A DNA stretch of 64,000 nucleotides, from positions 489,696-553,695 of the forward strand of contig JACQJH010000002.1 of the NCBI GenBank assembly GCA_016205145.1, read 5' to 3'. Every line of letters starts with the position of its first letter. The first letter of the stretch is position 1. The translations under genes and the position numbers were made by a program. The notes beneath the pieces were generated by a model. The model searched no databases. It was not told the origin of the DNA and was given only the letters and a program-made list of their open reading frames with translations. Positions 9,787-19,753 of the stretch are shown here, in pieces. Origin of the DNA: Candidatus Iainarchaeum sp. Its GTDB lineage: Archaea; Iainarchaeota; Iainarchaeia; Iainarchaeales; JACQJH01.

Positions 9787-10554
9787 TTAATAGCTGTATT
9801 TTTTGCTTGGAAATTTCCCGCTTTTTACCTGATTGCCGAATTTTTCCGCTGCGCCGGAAATCTTTCCCCCGAGGTTGTCGAACCGCTTCACGAATTTCGG
9901 CTGGAAATCCGGCAGCAGGCCGAGAATGTCGTGCAGCACCAAAACCTGTCCATCACAGTGCCTTCCCGCGCCGATGCCGATTGTCGGAATGGCAAGGCAG
10001 TTAGTGATTTTTTTTGCGAGGCCGGACGGAACGCATTCCAGAACAAGCGCGAAACAGCCTTCCCTTTCAAGGCAGAGCGCGTCCTGCATAATTTTTTCCG
10101 CTTCTTCGGCATTCCTGCCTTTCACGGAAAAGTTTTCCGCTGTCTGCGGAGTCAGGCCGAGATGGCCGATGACCGGAATGCCGGCATCGCGGATGGCTTT
10201 TGCTATGCCATCGGAAAAGCCTTCAATTTTCACGCAATGGCAGCCTGCTTCCGAGAATTTTTTCGCGTTCTCGCCTGCAAGGTTTGAGTTCGTGAAAGAG
10301 CCGAACGGCATGTCCCCGATCACAAAGGATTTTTTGCACGCCCTTGCGACAGCCGCGGAATGCCGGAGCATTGTTTCCATTGAAACCGTCGAGGTTTTCG
10401 GCTCGCCGTAAACCACGTTGTTCAGGGAATCTCCGACAAGCAGGGCGTCAACCTTCGCGTCGACAAGCCGTGCAAAGGCATGGTCGTAGCAGGCAAGCAC
10501 GGAGATTTTTTCGCCGGACTTCTTCATTTCGGCAAACTTTTCGGAAATGTGCAT
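9787..10554 (-). CDS. panB: 3-methyl-2-oxobutanoate hydroxymethyltransferase
   Basis: PanB signatures (GDMPFGS, GIGAG..CDGQVLV). The likely start is the Met at MHISEKF, 16 codons inside the listed ORF, which avoids overlapping PCNA paralog 2. Confidence 0.8.
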   Translation of the reverse strand: MHISEKFAEMKKSGEKISVLACYDHAFARLVDAKVDALLVGDSLNNVVYGEPKTSTVSMETMLRHSAAVARACKKSFVIGDMPFGSFTNSNLAGENAKKFSEAGCHCVKIEGFSDGIAKAIRDAGIPVIGHLGLTPQTAENFSVKGRNAEEAEKIMQDALCLEREGCFALVLECVPSGLAKKITNCLAIPTIGIGAGRHCDGQVLVLHDILGLLPDFQPKFVKRFDNLGGKISGAAEKFGNQVKSGKFPSKKYSY

Positions 10555-10598
10555 GAAAAGCTTGTGCTGGAACAATTTGAAAAAGCTATTTGTCCCGC

Positions 10599-11345
10599 TC
10601 ACTCTGATTCTATGCGCGGCGCAAGGAAATAGGTTATGTCGGCCTTGCCGACCTTGTAGTTGACCTGGATGGGCGCGTTTGTTTTGAGGAAAACCTTGAC
10701 TTCGGTGTCAGAGGAAGCGGTTTTGAGCATGTCGGAAAGGTAGTCCAACGGGAACATGCTTTTAGCCTCGTCTTTCACTTTCATTTCGGTTATCGCCTTG
10801 TCGTCCTTCTGGGTTTCGCTGTTCAGTTCGCCCTTGCTTGAATGCGCCCTGACAAAAAACTTTTTGTTCTCGATGCCCAACGAAACGTGCGTTGAAATGA
10901 GCGCGGAATCCTTGAGCGCGTCCTGCAGGACCGAAGCCTTCATTGAAAGTTCCGCGTCGAAGTCTATGCGCGGACTCGGCAATTCGGAAGCGGAAATGTC
11001 TATCAAAGGCATGGAAAATTTTCTCACGGAAGAGCCCTTGAACGTGACGCTCAGATAGTTCTTGTCGTCCTCCAATGCCAGGTGCAGTTCGTCGCCGGCC
11101 TTCGACCTGGACATTATCTGGCCCAGGTAATCGAGGTCCAGGCCGAGCTTGGTTTTGCCGTCCAAATCGAATTTTTTGAAGGAATCCTTTTTGAGCGAGA
11201 AGTCGACCATTGAAATCTGGCTTGGGTCGGTCGCCCTCAATGACAAACCATTGGCGTCGAAGATGAATTCGGCCTCGTCGATCAGGACCGCGATTGAGTC
11301 GATGCATTTCTTGAAATCGTCGGCCTTTTCGAGCACTACGTCCAT
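10599..11345 (-). CDS. pcn: DNA polymerase sliding clamp PCNA (paralog 2)
   Basis: 248 aa. PCNA motifs (LRATDPSQISMVDF, VRKFSMPLIDISASE); only about 30% identical to paralog 1. Confidence 0.8.
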   Translation of the reverse strand: MDVVLEKADDFKKCIDSIAVLIDEAEFIFDANGLSLRATDPSQISMVDFSLKKDSFKKFDLDGKTKLGLDLDYLGQIMSRSKAGDELHLALEDDKNYLSVTFKGSSVRKFSMPLIDISASELPSPRIDFDAELSMKASVLQDALKDSALISTHVSLGIENKKFFVRAHSSKGELNSETQKDDKAITEMKVKDEAKSMFPLDYLSDMLKTASSDTEVKVFLKTNAPIQVNYKVGKADITYFLAPRIESE

Positions 11346-11399
11346 GAACAGATTTTACGGGAAGAGGTTTTAAAAAAAGAACTTAACCTCGTGGCAAAA

Positions 11400-11541
11400 A
11401 TCTACCCCGCAGGCACATGCATACTCGGCGTGCCGCACAGCGGCACGCCTTGGCTCCGAACCAGCCGCAGTTGCGAAGCCAGCGCCATGCAATGCATGGT
11501 GCGCGTACCAGCCGGACGAGACGGCTGCGGACGGAAGCGGC
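11400..11541 (+). repeat. interspersed structured repeat family, copy
   Basis: CATACTCGGCGT, hairpin GGCGTGCCGCACAGCGGCACGCC, ...GAACCAGCCG..., hairpin CCATGCAATGCATGG, ...GTACCAGCCGGACGAGACGGCTGCGG. Confidence 0.6.
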
Positions 11542-12315
11542 TCAGCAAATCAGGTCGTAGTCCGCCGGCAGCCTTCCGGTCGAAGCGAGGCCGAGCAGGT
11601 TGTCGAAAATCCAGAGCTTTGCGCAGCCGAGCACAGGGATCTGGAAGATTGCCTTGCCCTGCACTTGAGAGGCGTTGACCGGATAGAGCGTGATGCATGC
11701 CTGCTGTGAAACGCCGTTCACGATTTTGCCGCAGTCCGCGTCAAGAGTGTAATTCTGCTCGCTGTCGCCTTTTGTCAGGAGAAACGTTCCATCATTTGCA
11801 GCGAGTTTTGCCACGACGCGGTGGATTATCGGCCTGCCTGACGGGACAGCCGTGTAAACGACAATCGACCCGGTCTTTTCAACCGGAATTGTTTTGCCGT
11901 CCTTGAAAACGATTTTTTTCGCCTGCGGAATGCCATTCTCCATTTCAAACCTCAGCGACGCGAAATCGGAAAAAGGCGTGTTCGAAAGGCTTTGGCTTGG
12001 CATGGAAACTTCCGTTGCCTTGATGCCGTCCGGTCCGGCGCCGGCAAGCATTATGATGTCGCCGCGATGGTACAACGGTTTCATGGAGCCGGAAACGACT
12101 ATCATGAAAGGCGATTGCGTCTGCAGGATCATGCCCGCAATAGTGTATGCGAGCCAAGCGAAAACGAATGCGGAAACGATGTAAACTATTGTCGAGATTG
12201 CCGCGTTGTTTTTCGGGTTGACTGCCGGCATGACAAAGAGGTCGACGTAGTGGAACGGATCGAGCCATTTCAGCTTCTGCAGGATTGCATGGAATGGGCT
12301 TTGCTTGGCCGGCAT
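11542..12315 (-). CDS. signal peptidase I (archaeal/Sec11 type, S26 family)
   Basis: 257 aa. An N-terminal TM anchor is followed by the catalytic Ser motif VVSGSMKPLYHRGDII. Confidence 0.8.
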   Translation of the reverse strand: MPAKQSPFHAILQKLKWLDPFHYVDLFVMPAVNPKNNAAISTIVYIVSAFVFAWLAYTIAGMILQTQSPFMIVVSGSMKPLYHRGDIIMLAGAGPDGIKATEVSMPSQSLSNTPFSDFASLRFEMENGIPQAKKIVFKDGKTIPVEKTGSIVVYTAVPSGRPIIHRVVAKLAANDGTFLLTKGDSEQNYTLDADCGKIVNGVSQQACITLYPVNASQVQGKAIFQIPVLGCAKLWIFDNLLGLASTGRLPADYDLIC

Positions 12316-12341
12316 TTTTTCACGTCGGGCAGCCGGAAAGG

Positions 12342-12614
12342 CTACTTCGCCTTCTTTATTTCTTTCTTGAATTCGTCAAGCTTTTCGTCGACCCTTTTCA
12401 GGGCGTCGGAAAGCGCCTTTTTCGCCTGCTTGCCTTCCGTCTTCACAATGAACCTGCAGTCGTGGTCCATTGGATGATTGAGGGAATACGCCGCAAAGGA
12501 CACTTTCTCGTCTTCCAGTAGGGCTTCCCTCAGGAGATTGGGGAAAGTGTGCCTTTCGCCCTTGATTATGAATTCGGCAGAATTGTCCGAAGAATTCAGC
12601 ACTTCAAGTTCCAT
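12342..12614 (-). CDS. rpoL: DNA-directed RNA polymerase subunit L (Rpb11 homolog)
   Basis: 90 aa. RpoL signature (GERHTFPNLLREALLEDEKVSFAAYSLNHP); adjacent to csl4, as in many archaea. Confidence 0.8.
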   Translation of the reverse strand: MELEVLNSSDNSAEFIIKGERHTFPNLLREALLEDEKVSFAAYSLNHPMDHDCRFIVKTEGKQAKKALSDALKRVDEKLDEFKKEIKKAK

Positions 12615-12624
12615 TTATCGCACC

Positions 12625-13191
12625 TCATTTCAAAATATAATCTGAAGAAATTTTCCGCTGCTGCGTTGAGCCGCATGACAGGCATTTCAGGCCCTGGCCG
12701 AAAAGATGCAGCGGCTGCCTGCATTCCGTGCAGTAAGCCTTTATCACGCCCAGTGAATCGTCATTCGTGCTCACGTCGATCGCGAAAGGCGAGACCATTT
12801 CGGCTTTCCCCTTGACAAGGTCGCCTATCCTGAAAAAGTCTTTCAGGCTTTTCACGTATTCGCGCGCTACCATCCTGACCGGAATCATTGCAACGCCGAT
12901 GTGAACTGCCTTCTTTTTGCCGTCCTTTTCAGCCGAAATGATGTCAATCAGCACGGATGAGTCCTTGACAAGCCTGACTTTGCCGTAAACTATCGAGCCC
13001 CTGTCAAGCAATGCAACTTCGCGCTTTTTTTCGACGTTGACTTCCTTGAACCTTTGGTCAAACGAGACAAGGCCGATGGAATTGGACAGGATTTCGCCCT
13101 CGCATTCAAAGACGTTGCTGCCGGGAACGAATTCCTCGGCCGTCGACACGGCTTCGCCCGGCACGACGGGCTTTTGAGCATGTTTTTGCAT
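12625..13191 (-). CDS. csl4: exosome complex RNA-binding subunit Csl4
   Basis: S1 domain plus a C-terminal Zn-ribbon (CTECRQPLHLFGQGLKCLSCG). The start is probably the Met at MQKHAQKP, 23 codons inside the listed ORF. Confidence 0.7.
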   Translation of the reverse strand: MQKHAQKPVVPGEAVSTAEEFVPGSNVFECEGEILSNSIGLVSFDQRFKEVNVEKKREVALLDRGSIVYGKVRLVKDSSVLIDIISAEKDGKKKAVHIGVAMIPVRMVAREYVKSLKDFFRIGDLVKGKAEMVSPFAIDVSTNDDSLGVIKAYCTECRQPLHLFGQGLKCLSCGSTQQRKISSDYILK

Positions 13192-13293
13192 TGTATAACC
13201 CCAAAAATGGCGTTTTTGCGTTTTTCGGCCTGACCAAAAAAAACAGCTGAAAAACCGCAAACCGCAGAGAAAACCATTAAAACTGGTTAATAC

Positions 13294-13300
13294 TTTATAG
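13294..13300 (+). promoter_or_regulatory. archaeal TATA-like box for the SpoIIM-like gene
   Basis: TTTATAG lies about 28 bp upstream of ATG 13328. Confidence 0.35.
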
Positions 13301-13327
13301 AAATGGTAAGGAATTTAAAGGAACGGG

Positions 13328-14224
13328 TTGCCCTTGGTTTTGGAATCACTGATAGACACGGCCGCGGCAAAACGGCACCCTTTGGCCATTTTCCTGCTCG
13401 CCCTGGCCCTTTCCTCCGCGGCTTTCTGGATGGCATTTTTCACTTTCCCGGACTCGGCGAGCATACTGGCAATAGCATTCATCACCATAGCATTCGTGCC
13501 CATAATCCACTCCATCCTGGCTGAAACCGAGGAAGAGGAAGCGTTGGTGCCAAGCTGGTCGGTCGGCTTCCTGAGAAGGCATTTCGACGTCATCAAGATT
13601 TACGCCTGGCTTTTCCTCGGCGTTGTCGTAAGCTATTCGTTCTGGTTCGTGATCCTTCCAGGCGACGTGCACGCATCATTCTTCCAGGTCCAGGAAAAGG
13701 AGCTTGGGAAAATCACCACCATGAAGTCCACGCTTTCCGGAAACGCAAGCGGCGTGAAAAGCGTTGCCGAAAAGTGCGGCAGGGAATTCAGCTGCTGGTT
13801 CAACGTCATTTTCGTGAACAATGCGACAGTCCTGTTCTGGGCCGTGCTGTTCTCATTTGCAATGGGCGCCGGCGCGATTTTCCTGATAAGCTGGAACGCA
13901 TCAATAATCGGAGTTGTCATCGGCCGTGACATAATGGCGTTGTCATCGGCTTATTCGAATCTGGGCGAATACAGCCTTGCCGCGGCATTCCTGCACGGCC
14001 TGTTCAATGCAATTGGCTTCATTCCGCACGGCTTGCCCGAGATAACGGGCTATTTTTTGGGCGCAATCGCCGGCGGCATAATCAGCGCCGCGATTTCCAA
14101 GAAAAAGTTCCGGACCCACGAATTTGAAATAGTCGCAAAGGACGCCGCAGTGCTGGTGATGGCCGGAATACTGCTGCTGCTTCTCGGCGCCGCAATAGAG
14201 GCAAGCATAATAGCGGCTGTTTAG
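13328..14224 (+). CDS. SpoIIM-like membrane protein (DUF95)
   Basis: 298 aa, multi-TM. Conserved C-terminal motif LFNAIGFIPHGLPEITGYFLGAIAGG, typical of the stage II sporulation protein M family. Confidence 0.7.
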   Translation: MPLVLESLIDTAAAKRHPLAIFLLALALSSAAFWMAFFTFPDSASILAIAFITIAFVPIIHSILAETEEEEALVPSWSVGFLRRHFDVIKIYAWLFLGVVVSYSFWFVILPGDVHASFFQVQEKELGKITTMKSTLSGNASGVKSVAEKCGREFSCWFNVIFVNNATVLFWAVLFSFAMGAGAIFLISWNASIIGVVIGRDIMALSSAYSNLGEYSLAAAFLHGLFNAIGFIPHGLPEITGYFLGAIAGGIISAAISKKKFRTHEFEIVAKDAAVLVMAGILLLLLGAAIEASIIAAV

Positions 14225-14263
14225 TCTTGCTAAAAAAAAAGATGCAACGCACGTTTTGCAGCA

Positions 14264-15250
14264 TCAGGCATTCGCGTTTTCCAAAGCCATTTTTTTGAGC
14301 TTTGCCTCAACTGCTGAATCCACGGCTTTCTCAAAGGTTTTCTGGAACGGCGCAATCATCTGCTCGATGTCCTTTTCCCCCGCGGTTGAAGCGCCAATCT
14401 TGTCTGAAATGGAGTTGGCAATCCTGCTCAGCTCAAGCGGCAGGACAAATTTCGTGCTCTGGCCCCTTGAAAGCTCTTCAAGCGCCTTGATGTAGTAATA
14501 CGCGACCGTCTTGTCTGAAAGCTCCTTTGCCGCGGCATTGACTGCGCTGATTTCTTCCCTGTGGGCCTCGGCTTTCTGGATGCGCGCCAGTTTCTCCTGT
14601 TCCGCTGCCTTGAAGGCGTTGGTTGCGGCGAGGATTTCCTGCGGAATGTCGACGTCCTCGATTTCGACTTTCACTATCGATATGCCCCAGTCCTTTGATA
14701 TTTCCTCGACCTCGGATTTCAGGGCGCGGTTTATTTCCTCGATTTTTGAAACGACTTCGGGGACTTCCATGTCACCTATGACGTCACGCGTCGCTCCGAT
14801 GACATTCGCAACAACCGCTTCCTCGAAATTCTTGATGTTCACCACAGAGCTTACAACGCTCCCGTCATCCCTGCCCACATTCAGGAAGATTGCCTCCTTG
14901 ACCTTGAGCTCGATGTTGCCTTTTGTTATGACCTCGTACTTGGGCGTGAAAAGCGTTTTCGTGCGCAGGTCGACAATGACAAAGCTTTCAATGAATGGAA
15001 TGACAAAAGTCCAGCCCCTTCCCACCCGGTTCACTTTTCCGAAGCGGAAGATGACGGCGCGCTGGTAGTCCACGAGCAGCAGAAGCACCGGATACTTTGT
15101 GACCGCGAAAAGGAAAACTCCCAGGACAATTATCCACGGCAGGCTTGCCATTGCCGCGTCAAAGTTGACCATGAGCCAGACCGCGGCAAGAAGGAATGCC
15201 GCGAAAGCCCCTGCAATGATGCCGGATTTTACGCTTTTGCCCTCAACCAT
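14264..15250 (-). CDS. SPFH/band-7 (stomatin/prohibitin-like) membrane protein
   Basis: 328 aa. An N-terminal TM segment, then the band-7 domain (YQRAVIFRFGKV...), then a coiled-coil tail. Confidence 0.75.
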   Translation of the reverse strand: MVEGKSVKSGIIAGAFAAFLLAAVWLMVNFDAAMASLPWIIVLGVFLFAVTKYPVLLLLVDYQRAVIFRFGKVNRVGRGWTFVIPFIESFVIVDLRTKTLFTPKYEVITKGNIELKVKEAIFLNVGRDDGSVVSSVVNIKNFEEAVVANVIGATRDVIGDMEVPEVVSKIEEINRALKSEVEEISKDWGISIVKVEIEDVDIPQEILAATNAFKAAEQEKLARIQKAEAHREEISAVNAAAKELSDKTVAYYYIKALEELSRGQSTKFVLPLELSRIANSISDKIGASTAGEKDIEQMIAPFQKTFEKAVDSAVEAKLKKMALENANA

Positions 15251-15290
15251 GCCAATCAGCCGATACGGTTAATCAGTTAATACAGTATAC

Positions 15291-15298
15291 TTTATATA
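15291..15298 (+). promoter_or_regulatory. archaeal TATA box for the DUF373 gene
   Basis: TTTATATA lies about 30 bp upstream of ATG 15328, and the region just upstream of the TATA is purine-rich (BRE-like). Confidence 0.45.
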
Positions 15299-15327
15299 TT
15301 TCATGCAAAAATTTATTAATAAGCGCG

Positions 15328-16566
15328 TTGGCTTTTTGTGATAGCATGGCTGAAGAAAAAATCCTCGTCATCTGCGTTGACCGCGACGACGACCTTGGAA
15401 GGAAAACCGGGATACAGGGGCCGGTCATTGGCAGGGACGCAAACATCAAGGCCGCGACAAGGCTCATTCTCAAGGACCCCGAAGAAAACGATTCCAACAC
15501 AATGTTTGCGGCCGTGAAAAAATTCGACGAGGTAAGGAAATCAGCCGCTGCATGCGAGGTGGTGACGCTCACGGGCTACGGCAAGGCCGGCTTCAAGTCC
15601 GACAGGATTGTGGCGCAGCAGCTTGACGCCGTGCTCGAAAAATTCCCGGCCAACGGAATAGTGCTTGTAACCGACGGCGCCGAAGACGACCAGGTCATTC
15701 CCATACTGCAGGGCAGGGCAAGAATCATTTCAAAGGAAACAGTCATCATAAAGCAGGCGCAGGCAGTCGAATCAACGTTTTACACGATAAAAGAGGCGCT
15801 GAAAGACCCTTTCATTGCAAGGATTGCATTCGGAATTCCCGGACTGCTGTTATTGCTTTTCGGCCTGCTCGGCAACCTCAGCTTCCAGGTCATAGCATTC
15901 ATCGGCGGAACATATCTGCTGGTGAAAGGCTTCGGCATCGAGGAATGGGCCATAAGGGGATTCCACAGCGTCACTTCCTCGATTTCCGCGCAGAGAATCT
16001 CCTATCCGCTTTACCTTTCCGTGATTTTCATTCTCGGCTTCGGCGGAATGACCGCTTTCAACAAGTTCAACGAGCTTTCGGGCATAGAGCTTGTTGCAAG
16101 GGCAGTGATCACGGCGCAGTCAACATATCTTTTCATAGCGATTTCCGCTTTGCTCATTGTCGCGGCGAAAAGCGTCGACCTCATCCACCTCAAAAAGGCG
16201 CAGCACCTGCGCAAAATGCTTTTGTACGCGACCTCAACGCTTCTGGCGTGGTTCATACTCGACTCCGCAACACTGGTGGTGTTGGGCAGGGCCGACCTCA
16301 ACTGGTTCCTGTTCAGCGTGGGCTTCAGCATGTTCCTGCTGCTGCTTGCATTCAAGCTCTCCGAGATAATGGAAGTCAACTCGAAAGTGACGAGGCTGCT
16401 CGTCGGCCTGTCTGTTTACGCGAACGACGGAAGGTGGCTGGGCAAGGTAGAAAACGTCGACCGCGAAAAGCAGGAGATACTGTTCAAGGACAACGCGTCA
16501 AAGAAAAGCGTTTCCCTGAAAAAAAAGGAATTCGAAATAACCAAGGGCAGGATCCTGATAACCTGA
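15328..16566 (+). CDS. DUF373 family membrane protein
   Basis: 412 aa. N-terminal signature ILVICVDRDDDLGRK, a multi-TM core and a C-terminal soluble barrel-like domain. A TATA box at about 15291-15298 lies upstream. Confidence 0.7.
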   Translation: MAFCDSMAEEKILVICVDRDDDLGRKTGIQGPVIGRDANIKAATRLILKDPEENDSNTMFAAVKKFDEVRKSAAACEVVTLTGYGKAGFKSDRIVAQQLDAVLEKFPANGIVLVTDGAEDDQVIPILQGRARIISKETVIIKQAQAVESTFYTIKEALKDPFIARIAFGIPGLLLLLFGLLGNLSFQVIAFIGGTYLLVKGFGIEEWAIRGFHSVTSSISAQRISYPLYLSVIFILGFGGMTAFNKFNELSGIELVARAVITAQSTYLFIAISALLIVAAKSVDLIHLKKAQHLRKMLLYATSTLLAWFILDSATLVVLGRADLNWFLFSVGFSMFLLLLAFKLSEIMEVNSKVTRLLVGLSVYANDGRWLGKVENVDREKQEILFKDNASKKSVSLKKKEFEITKGRILIT

Positions 16567-16595
16567 TTCTTTCACATTGCCTGAAATTTAATACA

Positions 16596-16715
16596 AAAAA
16601 AGCAGACGGGTATCGGGCAAGCGGAATCGTCCAACCAATCACGCGCAACAGCGCGCAGCTCCATGCGAATGAAATGAGCATGGGGCGTCGGACCAGCCGG
16701 ACGAAATCGGCTTAA
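16596..16715 (+). repeat. interspersed structured repeat family, copy
   Basis: AAAGCAGACGGGTAT..., hairpin CGCGCAACAGCGCG, hairpin CCATGCGAATGAAATGAGCATGG, GGCGTCGGACCAGCCGGACGAAATCGGCTTAA. It supplies the stop codon of lonB. Confidence 0.6.
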
Positions 16716-18655
16716 TGCGCGGATTTTTGGGAGACCTTTTCAATATTTACGCCGCTAATCGACGGCAGGCTTTTCAGTATTTTTTTGAGCGACAGCAGCA
16801 TTGAATCCTTTTTCCTGGATTTCTCGAAAGCGTTCGCCAGCACGTCGGACAATGTCGAAACGGAAATTATTTTTATTTTGGCGAGTTCGGCTTCAGGCAG
16901 GACTATGTCCTCGCGGTTGGCCTTGGGCACGATGACTTCCTTGAAGCCCGCGCGGATTGCGGCGTGCACTTTTGAAGTAACGCCCCCGACGGGAAGCACT
17001 TCGCCGCGGACGGAGAGGCTGCCTGTCATTGCCAGGCTCTGCTTTACCGGAATGCCTTCAAGCGCTGAAATCACTGCCGTTGCGACGGACACCGAAGCGG
17101 AATCGCCTTCGACCCCTTCATAAGTCTGCAAAAACTGTATGTGCAGGTCGTGCTGGCTTATGTCCTTGCCGGAAATGCGCTTGATTATTGCGGAAACATT
17201 CTGCACGGCTTCGCGCGCAATCTCCCCAAGCTTTCCGGTCGCAATGACCCGGCCCTCGGACTTTGAAGCTGCCGGCGCGATTTCGGCCTCGATCGGCAGC
17301 ACAGTGCCCGCACTCCCGTCACCGGAAACTGCGAGGCCGTTGACCCTGCCGACAACCGCGCCCTCTGAAAGGTAAACTTCGTATTCGCGCTTGCTGTCGA
17401 TTATCTTGTCAACCATCTGCTGTTCCAGCGTTCTTGCGGACATCTTTGCCTCGATGACGTCCTGCGCCTCGACAAGCGAATGGCTTTTCTCCTTTGCAAT
17501 GTCGCCGGCCGCCCTGACAAGGCCGCCCAAATCGCGCAGTTTCAGTGTCAGCCTGACTTTCCTGTCGGCGCGCCTGCGCGCCTCGAAAATTATCAGGTCA
17601 ACGGCTTCCCTTGAAAAGTGCGGAATCTTGCCGTCCTTTTTGATTTCCTGGCAGACGAACTGCACTATCTTTGACCTGTTTTCGGGCGTGTCCGGCATGT
17701 CAATGTTCATGTAAACCTCGTAGCCGTAGCCCCTGATCCTTGAACGCAGGGCGGGATGCACTTTTTCCAAATCACGGTAGTTGCCCGCCGCGACAAGCAC
17801 GAAATCGCACGGCACGGGCTCGGTTCTCGTCATGGCGCCGGAGGACATTTCGCTCTGCCCCGTAATCGCATACTTTTTTTCCTGCATGGCCGTAAGCAGT
17901 TCCTGCTGTGCCTTGTATGAAAGCGTTGCAAGCTCGTCGACAAACAATACTCCGCCCGAAGCCTTGTGAATGAGGCCCGGCTCGACGCGCAGATGCGGGG
18001 GCGTGCCGAGGCCGCCTGACTGTAACGGGTCGTGGCGGACGTCGCCGAGCAGTGAGCCGGCCCTCGCGCCCGTTCCTTCAAAAAACGGCGCAAGCTTTTT
18101 GCCTGCATTGTCAACCAACAGCTTGGGCGTCCTTTTTTCCTCGCGGCTCCTCATCTGGTTGCCGACTGCAAAGCCCACTATCAGGAAGCCGCCCAGAATC
18201 ATCATCGCAGCCACGATCACGTCAGGCGCCCACTTGAAAAAATAGACGACCCAGACAATCAAAAACCAGCCCAGCGGAAACAGCATTGAAACGAGCCTGA
18301 AATTGTCGTCCGCGTGCTGTGCTTCAATCCTTTCCTTGTTCAAAATTTTCTGGCCCTCGCCCGCAGGAACCGGCCTCACCTTGGGATTGTTGGGATCAGT
18401 GTCGTTCGGGTAAATGAGTATGTCGCTCAGCTTCTGCACGGGCAGGACTTCCGACATTGCCAATGCAAGCATGCTCTTGCCTGTTCCGGGCTCGCCCACC
18501 AGAAGAACGTTTCTTTTCTGCGCGGCCGCCTTTCGGATGATGTCAACGCTCGAATCCTGGCCGATGACCTGGTTTATGGTCTTGTCGGAAACCGGGATTT
18601 CGGCTGTGGACCGGAAATTGAGGAAATCGGCCTTGTGCGGGGAAGACTTAGGCAT
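16712..18655 (-). CDS. lonB: archaeal-type Lon protease LonB (membrane-anchored)
   Basis: Walker [13 protein letters not shown], two TM helices inserted in the AAA+ module, and a C-terminal Lon protease domain with catalytic Ser ([16 protein letters not shown]). The start is set at MPKSSPHK; the listed ORF runs 104 codons further upstream into noise. Confidence 0.85.
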   Translation of the reverse strand: MPKSSPHKADFLNFRSTAEIPVSDKTINQVIGQDSSVDIIRKAAAQKRNVLLVGEPGTGKSMLALAMSEVLPVQKLSDILIYPNDTDPNNPKVRPVPAGEGQKILNKERIEAQHADDNFRLVSMLFPLGWFLIVWVVYFFKWAPDVIVAAMMILGGFLIVGFAVGNQMRSREEKRTPKLLVDNAGKKLAPFFEGTGARAGSLLGDVRHDPLQSGGLGTPPHLRVEPGLIHKASGGVLFVDELATLSYKAQQELLTAMQEKKYAITGQSEMSSGAMTRTEPVPCDFVLVAAGNYRDLEKVHPALRSRIRGYGYEVYMNIDMPDTPENRSKIVQFVCQEIKKDGKIPHFSREAVDLIIFEARRRADRKVRLTLKLRDLGGLVRAAGDIAKEKSHSLVEAQDVIEAKMSARTLEQQMVDKIIDSKREYEVYLSEGAVVGRVNGLAVSGDGSAGTVLPIEAEIAPAASKSEGRVIATGKLGEIAREAVQNVSAIIKRISGKDISQHDLHIQFLQTYEGVEGDSASVSVATAVISALEGIPVKQSLAMTGSLSVRGEVLPVGGVTSKVHAAIRAGFKEVIVPKANREDIVLPEAELAKIKIISVSTLSDVLANAFEKSRKKDSMLLSLKKILKSLPSISGVNIEKVSQKSAH

Positions 18656-18664
18656 TAAAAGAGT

Positions 18665-18800
18665 TAGCCAAAAAAACATTAATAAATCAATCGCAGGCCC
18701 GGCGAAAAAACCGGAAAAATACGGCAAAACGCGAAGGCAAAAAAAGCGGAAAAACAGCCGCAAAAAAAAACAGGGCGGATGCGGGTAAAAAAGTCTCAAG
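18665..18800. promoter_or_regulatory. divergent promoter region with helically phased A-tracts (lonB / rnz)
   Basis: ccggcgAAAAAAccggAAAAAtacggcAAAAcgcgaaggcAAAAAAAgcggAAAAAcagccgcAAAAAAAAAcaggg: A-runs recur at about 10-11 bp intervals. Confidence 0.4.
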
Positions 18801-18809
18801 GGTTTTTGA

Positions 18810-19718
18810 ATGAATGCCAAAATAACCGTTCTGGGCACGAGCTGTTCTAATCCCACAAAGGAAAGGAACCTTTCAAGCGTCTGCCTCGAATTTGCAGGCA
18901 AGACGCTTTTGTTCGACTGCCCGGAGGGAACGCAGAGGCAGATGATGCTGGCAGGCGCGTCATACATGTCCGTCGACTATGTTTTCATCAGCCACTTCCA
19001 CGCCGACCACGTGCTCGGCCTTCCCGGAATGCTGGCAACAATGAGCATGCAGGGCAGGGACTGGCCGTTGCACGTCTTCGGGCCGCACGGCATTGAAAGG
19101 CAGATGGAAAAAGTGCTGAGCCTCGGCCTGCTGAAGCAGGGCTTTGAAATAATCTGCCACGAAGCGAAAAACGGCGGGATTCTCGCTGAAAAGGATTTCA
19201 CCATCGAAGCTGTCGGGTTAAGGCATGAAGTGCAGTGCTTCGGCTTCGTTTTCAGGGAAAAAAACAAGAGCGGCGAATTCCAGAGGCAATGGGCGGAAAA
19301 GCTCGGCATACCGGAAGGGCCGTTGTGGAGCAAACTGCAGAAAGGCGAAAACGCCGAGGCGAACGGAAAAACTTTCAGGCCCGAAGACGTGATGGACTAT
19401 TCGAAGGGAAGGAAGGGAAGGAAAATCTCCGTCATCATGGACACTTTGCCGGACGAAAAATATTTCCAGGCGATAATGGATTCCGACCTTTTGATTCACG
19501 AGTCAAGCTTTTTGCAGAAGCATGCGGAAAGGGCGAAGGAAACGAAGCACTCCACTGCAAAGCAGGCCGCGGAAGTCGCAAAAAAAACCAATGCGAAAAA
19601 ACTCCTGCTTTTGCACATCAGCCCGCGCTACCGCGGCGAAAAGGAAATGGAAGAGGAAGCGGAAAAGGTTTTCCCGCACGCGATTGTGGCGAGGGACCTC
19701 ATGCAAATCGAAATCTGA
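18810..19718 (+). CDS. rnz: ribonuclease Z (tRNA 3' endonuclease)
   Basis: 302 aa. Metallo-beta-lactamase motif ISHFHADH and tRNase Z length and architecture. Confidence 0.8.
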   Translation: MNAKITVLGTSCSNPTKERNLSSVCLEFAGKTLLFDCPEGTQRQMMLAGASYMSVDYVFISHFHADHVLGLPGMLATMSMQGRDWPLHVFGPHGIERQMEKVLSLGLLKQGFEIICHEAKNGGILAEKDFTIEAVGLRHEVQCFGFVFREKNKSGEFQRQWAEKLGIPEGPLWSKLQKGENAEANGKTFRPEDVMDYSKGRKGRKISVIMDTLPDEKYFQAIMDSDLLIHESSFLQKHAERAKETKHSTAKQAAEVAKKTNAKKLLLLHISPRYRGEKEMEEEAEKVFPHAIVARDLMQIEI

Positions 19719-19753
19719 ACAAAAAAAGTTTCACTTCAAGCGGAAGGCAATTG

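Noticed and set aside
15945-16715. 256-aa + strand ORF
   Set aside because: It lies in an alternative frame of the DUF373 gene, and its Arg/Gly/Gln-rich translation has no motifs.
18656-18967. 104-codon N-terminal extension of the lonB ORF
   Set aside because: The translation is Cys/Phe/Leu-rich noise ([16 protein letters not shown]...) overlapping the A-tract promoter region. A canonical LonB N-terminus starts at the internal Met MPKSSPHK.
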